Shown here in pieces: positions 18,841 through 26,490 of a stretch of 32,000 nt of DNA. This DNA comes from Rhizobium helianthi. Lineage in GTDB: Bacteria > Pseudomonadota > Alphaproteobacteria > Rhizobiales > Rhizobiaceae. The notes beneath the pieces were generated by a model. That model ran no database searches. It was not told the origin of the DNA and saw only the letters and a program-made list of their open reading frames with translations. The stretch lies in contig NZ_JBHUEQ010000003.1 of the NCBI RefSeq assembly GCF_042680945.1, positions 88,804 to 120,803 of the forward strand, given 5' to 3'. Each line of letters starts with the position of its first letter. Position 1 is the stretch's first letter. Position numbers and translations under genes: made by a program.

Positions 18841-19174
18841 TCCCGACTGACTAGGGGTGAGACCACCGGCATCGGTGCGAGTACGTACCCAAACCCTGAA
18901 TTTGCGGGCAGTATTATAGACGCAGCATAGGGTCCGCCACGCGCACTGAAGTCACCAAGGGGTGAGCCGTCTTTTTTCTTTTGCCGCTCCCGGATGTACG
19001 GACGGCAATTAGATCCGCCAGCGCGCTGCGCGCTGCTGGTGTCGATCGAGCCGCAGCGGTGGTTATTCCTTTTCACCGCTGCGGCCACCGTTCCAGATCA
19101 CCGCCCAGCCTCTTTTGGGGTTGGCGGCTTTATTTTTGCCCAATCGAAAAACTAACCGTTGATAGGAGGCCTCA

Positions 19175-19594
19175 ATGGCCTGGACTTCTCGCGACTTCAG
19201 TGTCGCAGAGGCCGCGCAATGCGTTGGCCTCCACCGCACGCACCTTGACGTCATCATCTCTCGCGCCAACCCGCTCGCCACGCTCTTTTCCGAAAAGCGG
19301 AAAGGGCGGCGCTGGTTTTCGGTGCGCGATATCACAGTTCTCCGGATTGCCTACGAACTGGAACGCGCCGGACGTGCCTGGAATACGGCGATTGCGCAGG
19401 CTTTCGAACACACCGGCACGCAGCCGCCCCCGGACGCGCTTCTGGTGGTTCCTGTCGCCAGTGTGTCGGCAACGTCAGGACGCGTTCTAACGGGCCTCCC
19501 TGACCCGCTGCCGTCGTCGTCTTTCATCACCGTTCCCATAGGGCGCATTGCCGCCGAAATAATGGAGGCAATCGATGCCCTGGCCATTCAGTAA
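19175..19594 (+). CDS. HTH (MerR/excisionase-like) protein preceding the morphogenesis genes
   Basis: SD AGGAGG; MAWTSRDFSVAEAAQCVGLHRTHLDVIISRANPLATLFSEKRKGRRWFSVRDITVLRIAYELERAG. Confidence 0.65.
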   Translation: MAWTSRDFSVAEAAQCVGLHRTHLDVIISRANPLATLFSEKRKGRRWFSVRDITVLRIAYELERAGRAWNTAIAQAFEHTGTQPPPDALLVVPVASVSATSGRVLTGLPDPLPSSSFITVPIGRIAAEIMEAIDALAIQ

Positions 19595-20765
19595 GCCGGC
19601 GCCTGCCGTAGTCATCGAAGAGAAATCCCTTGGCGATCCAACCGCCGAACTGCTCGAATTGTTCGGCGCCATCCCCGCCGGCACGACGATCAGCAACGCG
19701 GAAGCCTTGTCAGTGCCAGCCGTGTCCGCTGCCGTTCGCATCATCTCGGAAGCCGCGGCAAGCCTGGACGTCAAGTTGAAGCGGAAAGTCGGCGGTTCCG
19801 AAACGGACGTTGAAGACCATCCGGCGATGAAGCTTCTAACCGGGCAAGCGAACGGCTGGACGTCCGGATTCGAGATCATCCGCGATTTGGTGGCCGGCGC
19901 GCTCACCAAGGATCAAGGCGGAGTTGCCTACGTGACGAAAGTCAACGGCGAACCGCGCGAAATCATCCAGTATCGCGACGGCGTTTTCACCGTTGATTAC
20001 GACGACGTAACAGGCGAGCCGAAATACAGGATAAGCGGCCAGCCGGTTGCTGCGGGCTACGTGCTGCATGTTCGCGGGCCGTTCACGAAGTGTCCCCTTA
20101 CGATGGCCCGCAGCGCGATTGCCACGGCAAGCGCAATGGAGGCGTACGCCAATGGCCTGTGGTCGAATGGTGCGCGTCCGGGCGGGGTTATCGAAAGCCC
20201 TAAGGCCATTGGTGCAAAGTCGGCCCGCGAAATCTTGGCCGGTTGGAAAGCCGCTTTTGGTGGTTCCGCCAACGCAGGAAAGACCGGTCTGCTTTGGGAC
20301 GGAATGACCTACAAGCAAATGGCGCTGACGTCGGTTGACGGCGAGTTCACGGCCAGCCGCACGTTCCAGATTTTGGAAATTGCCCGCGCCTTCCGTGTGC
20401 CGCCAGGCATGCTTTATGAGCTCTCTCGCAATGTCTGGGGTAATTCCGAGCAACAGGGCAAAGAGTTCATTTCATACACACTAATCCCATGGCTGCGGAT
20501 CCTTGAGGGCGCATTTAACCGCGCGCTGCTCACCGATGCCGAGCGTGTCGAATATCGGTTCATGTTCGATATCGATGACACCAGCCAAGCAGATCTAACC
20601 GCTCGCGCCACTTCGATTTCCACGCTTATCACGGCACGCGTGATGAACCCCAACGAAGCGCGCGAATGGCTTGGCATGCCACCTCGCGACGGTGGCGACG
20701 TTTTCGCAAATCCCGCCATCGACACCGCGCCAGCCAATGACAATCAACCAAAGGAGGCGGCGTGA
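19575..20765 (+). CDS. Phage portal protein, HK97 family
   Basis: VPAVSAAVRIISEAAASLDVKLKRK...YANGLWSNGARPGGVIESP...RAFRVPPGMLYELSRNVWGNSEQQGKEFISYTLIPWLRILEGAFNRALL. Confidence 0.93.
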   Translation: MPWPFSKPAPAVVIEEKSLGDPTAELLELFGAIPAGTTISNAEALSVPAVSAAVRIISEAAASLDVKLKRKVGGSETDVEDHPAMKLLTGQANGWTSGFEIIRDLVAGALTKDQGGVAYVTKVNGEPREIIQYRDGVFTVDYDDVTGEPKYRISGQPVAAGYVLHVRGPFTKCPLTMARSAIATASAMEAYANGLWSNGARPGGVIESPKAIGAKSAREILAGWKAAFGGSANAGKTGLLWDGMTYKQMALTSVDGEFTASRTFQILEIARAFRVPPGMLYELSRNVWGNSEQQGKEFISYTLIPWLRILEGAFNRALLTDAERVEYRFMFDIDDTSQADLTARATSISTLITARVMNPNEAREWLGMPPRDGGDVFANPAIDTAPANDNQPKEAA

Positions 20766-22294
20766 CCGTCGAATTTCTAGAGTTCAAGGCCGCCTTCACG
20801 GCGGATGACACCGGCCTCGTCGAAGGCAAGGCCTGGGACTTTTCCAGCGCTGACCGCGTTGGCGACATCATTGAGCCTGCAGCCTTCGCCAGTGCCATCG
20901 GCAAGTCTCTCCCCATGCTCTTCGCTCATGACCAGGCGCAGGTCGTCGGCACGTGGGAAAGCGTCGCCGTTGAGGCGGACGGCCTGAAGGTCAAAGGCAG
21001 GCTGCTCGTCGACGACGTCGCACGGGCCAAGGAAGTTCGTGCGCTTCTGCGTGCGAAGTCGGTCACGGGGCTGTCTGTCGGCTTCATGACGAAAAAGGCG
21101 GCGCCTCGCAAAGGTGGCGGCCGCACCATCACCGACCTGGACCTCATGGAAGTGTCCCTCGTCGCAATCCCCGCGCACCCAGGCGCGCTAATCTCTTCCG
21201 TGAAGGAATTCCCCATGACCACCGAAACCAAGACCATTGAAGATCTGGCCGTCGAGCTCAAGGCTGCAAACGACAACATCCTGGCCGTTACCAAGCGGCT
21301 CGAAACCGCCGAAACCGCATTGGCACGACCTAACATTCTCCGCGCTGCGAACGACAATGAACCCACTCCGGAACGCAAGGCCTTCACCGGCTTCCTGCGT
21401 CATGGCGTCGAACGTATGGACGCAACCGAGGTCAAGGCGCTTGTCGTGTCCGACGACACCCGCGGCGGCTATTTGGCGCCTGCAGAGTTTCAGACGGAAA
21501 TCCTGAAGAACCTTGTTGAATACAGCCCGGTTCGCATGGCAGCCCGCGTTGGTTCTACCGCTGCCTCGTCGGTCATCCTGCCGAAGCGCACCGGCACGCC
21601 GACGGCAAGCTGGGTCGGAGAAGTAGAAACCCGCAGCGAGACCAACTCGACATATGGTCAGGTTGAGATTCCCGTTCACGAAATGGCCGCCTATGTCGAC
21701 GTGTCCGTCCAACTTCTTGAGGACGCGGCCATCAACGTCGAAGCCGAAGTCGCCAGTGACCTCGCAGAAGAGTTCGGCCGTCTTGAAGGTGTCGCACTGG
21801 TCAACGGCAACGGCTTCAAAAAGCCCACAGGCATCATGTCCGCGGCCGGCATCACGGAGGTTATCTCTGGTTCCGGCACCGCTATCACTGCGGATAGCCT
21901 CATCAGCCTCATGTATGATCTCCCGGCATTCTATCGCAACAACGGCGCTTGGATGATGAATGGCACAACTCTTGCCGCCATCATGAAACTGAAGGACTCC
22001 ACGAACCAGTATTTGTGGCAACCAAGCTATCAGGCAGGCCAGCCGTCGCTTCTTCTCGGGCGTCCCATTGTAGAAGCAATCGACATGCCGGACATTGCCG
22101 CCGACGCGTTCCCGATCGTTTTTGGCGACTTCAACCGTGCTTACCGAATTTATGACCGTGTCGCGATGTCGATGCTGCGTGATCCATACACGCAGGCCAC
22201 CACCGGGAAGGTTCGGTTCCATGCACGGCGCCGCGTCGGTGCCGACGTCGTGATGGCTGAAGCGCTGCGCAAGCTGAAGGTTTCGGCATCCTAA
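20762..22294 (+). CDS. Fused HK97-type prohead protease and major capsid protein
   Basis: N-terminal protease GLVEGKAWDFSSADRVGDIIEPAAFA...LPMLFAHDQAQVVGTW...LSVGFMTKKA...LDLMEVSLVAIPAHPGALI; C-terminal capsid GGYLAPAEFQTEILKNLVEYSPVRMAARVG...WVGEVETRSETNSTYGQVEIPVHEMAAYVDVSVQLLEDAA. Confidence 0.92.
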   Translation: MTVEFLEFKAAFTADDTGLVEGKAWDFSSADRVGDIIEPAAFASAIGKSLPMLFAHDQAQVVGTWESVAVEADGLKVKGRLLVDDVARAKEVRALLRAKSVTGLSVGFMTKKAAPRKGGGRTITDLDLMEVSLVAIPAHPGALISSVKEFPMTTETKTIEDLAVELKAANDNILAVTKRLETAETALARPNILRAANDNEPTPERKAFTGFLRHGVERMDATEVKALVVSDDTRGGYLAPAEFQTEILKNLVEYSPVRMAARVGSTAASSVILPKRTGTPTASWVGEVETRSETNSTYGQVEIPVHEMAAYVDVSVQLLEDAAINVEAEVASDLAEEFGRLEGVALVNGNGFKKPTGIMSAAGITEVISGSGTAITADSLISLMYDLPAFYRNNGAWMMNGTTLAAIMKLKDSTNQYLWQPSYQAGQPSLLLGRPIVEAIDMPDIAADAFPIVFGDFNRAYRIYDRVAMSMLRDPYTQATTGKVRFHARRRVGADVVMAEALRKLKVSAS

Positions 22295-22341
22295 TCAGCC
22301 ATCGGGCGGCCTAGCGCTGCCCTTCCTCCGTTTGGAAAGGA

Positions 22342-22734
22342 ATGACCATGCGCGATCTTTCGCATAATCTAGGCGTCGTTCAGGCGCTCGCCCCCCAGGT
22401 GCTTTCGGCTACCGACACCAGCGCGGCCATCGACCTAATCGGTTTCGATTCCGCTGCCGTCGTCATCAGTACGGGCGCCATCGTTTCCTCTGGCAATTTC
22501 ACTGCGAAGCTCCAGGAGTCGGACACGACGACTTCCGGCGATTTCAGCGACGTTGCTGCTGCCGACCTGATTGGCACGCTGCCCACCGCGCTGGCTGCGT
22601 CGTCTGTCTACAAGCAAGGATACGTCGGCAACCGCCGTTACATCCGCCTGGTGACCACGAAGAATTCCGGCACGTCCATTGCGGTCGGTGCCGTGGTCGT
22701 TAAGGGCCATGCTGCTTCGCGGCCTGTAGCATAA
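22342..22734 (+). CDS. Small phage protein located after the capsid gene, possible decoration/head protein
   Basis: MTMRDLSHNLGVVQALAPQVLSATDTSAAIDLIGFDSAAVVISTGAIVSSGNFTAKLQESDTTTSGDFSDV. Confidence 0.6.
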   Translation: MTMRDLSHNLGVVQALAPQVLSATDTSAAIDLIGFDSAAVVISTGAIVSSGNFTAKLQESDTTTSGDFSDVAAADLIGTLPTALAASSVYKQGYVGNRRYIRLVTTKNSGTSIAVGAVVVKGHAASRPVA

Positions 22735-22916
22735 CCTATCGGCGGGGGTATCCGAGGTTGCGCCGCGCGACCTAAAGAACGTGCGCGCCCGCCATCGACA
22801 TCATCGCGCGCGTTTACGCGGAAGTGGGGAGTTGTGACCCCTGCGCACGAGGCGGCTGCTTCGCCTCGCTGGCCGTCAGGGTGATCCTGGCGGCCTTGCA
22901 CCTAGAGGATCAATCA

Positions 22917-23270
22917 ATGGTCAACGTCATCTGTCCGTGCGGCTTTGCGGTACCGAAAGGCACGCGCTGCGACTGCAGCCAACGACGCGCCACAGCACGA
23001 CAGAAGGCCGCTGATGCGGCCCGTGGTAGCGCGGCGGCTAGAGGATACACCGGCAAGTGGGCTCAAGAGTCCAAGGCGTGGCTTGCTGCGCTTGGAAGCC
23101 CGCTGTGTGCCTGCGGATGCGGACAGGCTGCGAATATGGTGGACCACATCATAGCGCCGAAAGGTGACAAGCGATTGTTCTGGTCACGCTCCAATTGGCA
23201 GCCTTATCGCGATACATGCAACCGTCGGAAGGCGATCAAGTCTGAAGGTGCGTTTGGGCGAAAGCCGTGA
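22917..23270 (+). CDS. HNH endonuclease, packaging-associated type
   Basis: CACGCGQAANMVDHIIAPKGDKRLFWSRSNWQPYRDTCNRRKAIKSEG. Confidence 0.88.
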   Translation: MVNVICPCGFAVPKGTRCDCSQRRATARQKAADAARGSAAARGYTGKWAQESKAWLAALGSPLCACGCGQAANMVDHIIAPKGDKRLFWSRSNWQPYRDTCNRRKAIKSEGAFGRKP

Positions 23271-23414
23271 CGCTGGTTTGCATCCAAGGCCAAACAGGCC
23301 CAGGCGGGTCGACCAACGCCACAACCGGGGGGTCGGTCGTCAATTTCCCGCAAACCACCTGGGACCAGCGTGGGCACGTCGCTCTCGATTCACTCTAAAT
23401 GGGAATTTCAACCT

Positions 23415-23705
23415 ATGGCAATCGTCTCTTTGGCTGACGTAAAGGAGCATCTGCGTCTGCTCCATGACGACGACGACGCACTAATTGAGGACCAGATTCC
23501 GGCTGCCGTCGCTCACCTTGAGACGCTGCTGGGATATGTCATCGAAGAAGAATTTACCACCGTTCCCGACGATCTGAAACAGGCCGTTCGCGCGCTGGTT
23601 GCTCACTGGTACGAAAACCGGGAAGCAACTGGCGAAAACCTATTCGAAGCGCCGTTCGGAGTTTGGGAAATCGTGCGCGAACGGCGCAGCTACGCATGGG
23701 AGTAG
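23415..23705 (+). CDS. Head-tail connector protein (gp6-like)
   Basis: MAIVSLADVKEHLRLLHDDDDALIEDQIPAAVAHLETLLGYVI...VPDDLKQAVRALVAHWYENREA. Confidence 0.9.
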   Translation: MAIVSLADVKEHLRLLHDDDDALIEDQIPAAVAHLETLLGYVIEEEFTTVPDDLKQAVRALVAHWYENREATGENLFEAPFGVWEIVRERRSYAWE

Positions 23706-23709
23706 GCCG

Positions 23710-24117
23710 ATGACACGAGGACGTAAGCCCGATTTCGTCACGATAGACGGCGCGCTCACAAAGGCGCCAGCCGCTCCCTCGTGGCTGCCTACGCATGCCA
23801 AATCCGAATGGCGACGCATCATGCCGCGCCTCGTGCAGGGAGGCCGGATCGCGAACCATGAGCTCTCTACGGTCGAAGACTATTGCCTCTGCGTGGCCCG
23901 CAAGCGCGAGGCTGAAGCGGTCCTGCAGGCCGAGGGGCTGACCTACCTGTCGCCCACGGGCGAGCTCAAGCGCCGGCCAGAAACAACCATTATCAAAGAA
24001 GCAATCGAGGCCAGCCGCCGGCTCGCCAGCGAGCTCGGACTTACGCCTGCAGCGCGGGCGCGAAATAAGGGAGGCGCCGCAATCGATGACGAAGACGACG
24101 CCTTATCTTCCATCTAG
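23710..24117 (+). CDS. terS: Terminase small subunit (P27-like)
   Basis: MTRGRKPDFVTIDGALTKAPAAPSWLPTHAKSEWRRIMPRLVQGGRIANHELSTVEDYCLCVARKREAEAVLQAEGLTYLSPTGELKRRPETTIIKEAIEASRRLASELGLTPAARAR. Confidence 0.88.
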   Translation: MTRGRKPDFVTIDGALTKAPAAPSWLPTHAKSEWRRIMPRLVQGGRIANHELSTVEDYCLCVARKREAEAVLQAEGLTYLSPTGELKRRPETTIIKEAIEASRRLASELGLTPAARARNKGGAAIDDEDDALSSI

Positions 24118-25708
24118 TCACCCGTCCTGGCTCTTTGACGATTCACCAATTCCAGATCCGCACGGCAAAGGGCAGCGCGCCGTTGATTTTCTTCGCGCGC
24201 TGAAGCACCCCAAGAGCACCGCGCCTGGTCGAGCATTTCAGCTAGATCCGTGGGTCGAAAGGCTTGTGCGAAAGGTCTATGGCGACACAAAGCCGGACGG
24301 CACCCGCCGCATCAAGACGGTTTTCGCCCTCATTCCTCGCGGCAATCGCAAGACGACACTTGGCGCTGCTTTGTGCCTGCTGGCGCTAGGGCCGGAGCGC
24401 GTTCCGGGGTCGCAGGTGGTTAGCGCAGCCGTTGACCGCGATCAGGCGCGTATCGCGCTTGAAGAGATGAAGGGCGTGATCGCGGCTCATCCAAGGCTCG
24501 AAGCTGCGTTCCATGTGCAGGACACCAAGAACCGGATAACGCACCGAAAGTCTTCGGCATTTTACCGCGCCATGTCAGCGGATGCCGCAACCGCTCACGG
24601 ACGCACGCCAGTTTTCGCACTGGTGGACGAATTGCACGCCTGGAAAAAACGCGACCTTTGGGACGCTATCAAGACAGGCCTTGTGAAGACGCCGGGCAGC
24701 TTGCTGGTAGTTACGACCACGGCAGGCATAGGCCACGAGAACATCGCGTATGAGACGTACAAATATGCGAAGGCAGTAGCGACCGGTCAGATTGAAGACG
24801 ATGCCTTCTTGCCCATTATATTCGAGGCGGATCCGAAGGAAGACTGGCGCGACGAGGCCGTGTGGCATCGCGTGAATCCTGGCCTATCCTGTAACCCGCC
24901 CTACCCGGACATTGTCGGCTTGCGCCAGATGGTGCGGGAAGCCGAACACAGGCCAGCCGATCGCGAAATGATCCGTCAACTGCACTTGAACGTGTGGCTG
25001 GACGGCGCTGCTAACCCGGAGTGGTCCCTCGACGTTTGGGACGAGAACGCAGGCGAGCTTGATCTGTCCGAATTGGAGGGGCGGCCCGCTTGGGTGGGTG
25101 TCGACTTGGCAAAGAGAATTGACCTCTGCGCAGTCGCCATTGCCATCCCCATGGAGGACGGACGGACGGCGTTGCACGTTCAATCGTTCTGTCCGGCTGG
25201 CACAATTCGCAAACGCACTGACGGCGTTCCTTATCCGCTATGGCGCGACCAAGGCTACCTCACGGAATGCCCTGGAGACGCCATCGACCTCGAATTGGTG
25301 GAAAACTACATCCGCGGCCTCTGTGAGCGGTTCCAAGTCGAAGAAATCGCTTTTGACCGGTGGCACGCTCAAGACGTGATGAAGTCGCTTGAGGCGGATG
25401 GACTGCCGGTGGCGGAGTTTCCGCAGAACATCGCCACTTTCGCCCGCCCTGTTATTGACTTCGAAGCGGCCATGTTTGACCGAAAGCTTGTTCATGGCGG
25501 AAATCCGCTGCTGCGTTGGGCTGTAGGCAATGTCGTGCTTTACACCGACGGCAGCGGAAACCGGCGCCCGCTGAAAGAGAAATCAATCGACAAGATCGAC
25601 CCCGCAGTTGCCGCCATCATCGCCAACGGACGCGCCGCGCAAGGCGTTTCAGGCCGCTCAAGCTACGACGATGCGGATTTGTCCGATTTGTCGTTGTTTG
25701 CGGTTTAA
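24086..25708 (+). CDS. terL: Terminase large subunit (HK97-type)
   Basis: ATPase IPRGNRKTTLGAALCLLAL and VFALVDELHAWKKRDLWDAIKTG; nuclease part WVGVDLAKRIDLCAVAI...IAFDRWHAQDV. Confidence 0.95.
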   Translation: MTKTTPYLPSSHPSWLFDDSPIPDPHGKGQRAVDFLRALKHPKSTAPGRAFQLDPWVERLVRKVYGDTKPDGTRRIKTVFALIPRGNRKTTLGAALCLLALGPERVPGSQVVSAAVDRDQARIALEEMKGVIAAHPRLEAAFHVQDTKNRITHRKSSAFYRAMSADAATAHGRTPVFALVDELHAWKKRDLWDAIKTGLVKTPGSLLVVTTTAGIGHENIAYETYKYAKAVATGQIEDDAFLPIIFEADPKEDWRDEAVWHRVNPGLSCNPPYPDIVGLRQMVREAEHRPADREMIRQLHLNVWLDGAANPEWSLDVWDENAGELDLSELEGRPAWVGVDLAKRIDLCAVAIAIPMEDGRTALHVQSFCPAGTIRKRTDGVPYPLWRDQGYLTECPGDAIDLELVENYIRGLCERFQVEEIAFDRWHAQDVMKSLEADGLPVAEFPQNIATFARPVIDFEAAMFDRKLVHGGNPLLRWAVGNVVLYTDGSGNRRPLKEKSIDKIDPAVAAIIANGRAAQGVSGRSSYDDADLSDLSLFAV

Positions 25709-25714
25709 GGGAAT

Positions 25715-25740
25715 GCCACGCCCATAGCTCAGGGCGTGGC
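25715..25740. terminator. Hairpin at the convergent terL/lipoprotein junction
   Basis: GCCACGCCC-atagctca-GGGCGTGGC, 9-bp stem; no clear T-run. Confidence 0.45.
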
Positions 25741-26127
25741 AGGCGGAGCACGCTTGAAAGCTATGCCCGTTGCGATAACAGCCGACCAGCAATTCTTAAC
25801 TATTGCGCCCGGGTCCGGCACGACTTGCACGGAATGCACGGTGTCAAAGCCTTTTGCCGCTGCGTCCTGCTTCATCAATGCGGTAGCGTTTTCTGGGCTT
25901 GGGTCTGGATCCCAAAGCTTGTTCTTGCATGAATGGCCGGACACACGAGCGGTAGCGGCGCCGAGTGGCGGGCCAGTGTCAACGATAGCAACGGCCACTG
26001 TATCGCGCACGTCCTTCTTGGGCTCAACCCAAGTGCGCGTCAGACTTACATCAGAGTTTTGCGCAGTCGTGCCGCATCCGGCAAGGGCAAGCGCAGCCAC
26101 GAATGGCACCAGCAACTTCGACTTCAT
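25729..26127 (-). CDS. Small predicted lipoprotein, element cargo
   Basis: MKSKLLVPFVAALALAGCGTTAQN signal peptide with lipobox LALAGC; 132 aa. Confidence 0.75.
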   Translation of the reverse strand: MKSKLLVPFVAALALAGCGTTAQNSDVSLTRTWVEPKKDVRDTVAVAIVDTGPPLGAATARVSGHSCKNKLWDPDPSPENATALMKQDAAAKGFDTVHSVQVVPDPGAIVKNCWSAVIATGIAFKRAPPATP

Positions 26128-26193
26128 CGATCATCCCCCACACGCAACTCAACTTCCGATGGCGTGCGGGCGAAGTCAATAGGCCGAGACCAC

Positions 26194-26217
26194 AGCCCGC
26201 CACTGAGCGGGCTTTTT
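26194..26217 (+). terminator. Rho-independent terminator upstream of the spike gene pair
   Basis: AGCCCGC-cactga-GCGGGCT followed by TTTT. Confidence 0.65.
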
Positions 26218-26277
26218 CACACCAACCACACACGAGACCAACCAAACCGCCGGTCGCACCGGCTGGAGGGAAGAACC

Positions 26278-26490
26278 ATGTCAAATTCCACTGCATATGT
26301 GCTCAGCGTGTTTGCTGGAAACCTCACTGATGCGCTCGTCAAATCGGGTGCGCTAACGCCCGCGGCAGCTCGCGAAGTTTTTGCCGAAGTTGTCAACCGC
26401 CGAGATGCTGTGGTGGATGAAGAAGCGGCGAATCTAACTAAGTATTTTTCTTGCGGCTCAACTGAGTTTTGGCCGGAGGAGGCGCGCTAA
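26278..26490 (+). CDS. Small protein translationally coupled to the spike gene
   Basis: 70 aa [46 protein letters not shown]...; TAATG overlap with the next gene. Confidence 0.65.
   Translation: MSNSTAYVLSVFAGNLTDALVKSGALTPAAAREVFAEVVNRRDAVVDEEAANLTKYFSCGSTEFWPEEAR

Noticed and set aside
18528-19088. 186-aa minus-strand ORF (with 144-aa plus-strand counterpart) in the repeat-rich region
   Set aside because: Peptides duplicate because the DNA repeats (GVCQSVLR, EVCQSVLR); low plausibility as protein, better read as non-coding repeat structure.
21188-22222. 344-aa minus-strand ORF opposite the capsid gene
   Set aside because: Antisense shadow of the HK97 capsid coding sequence.
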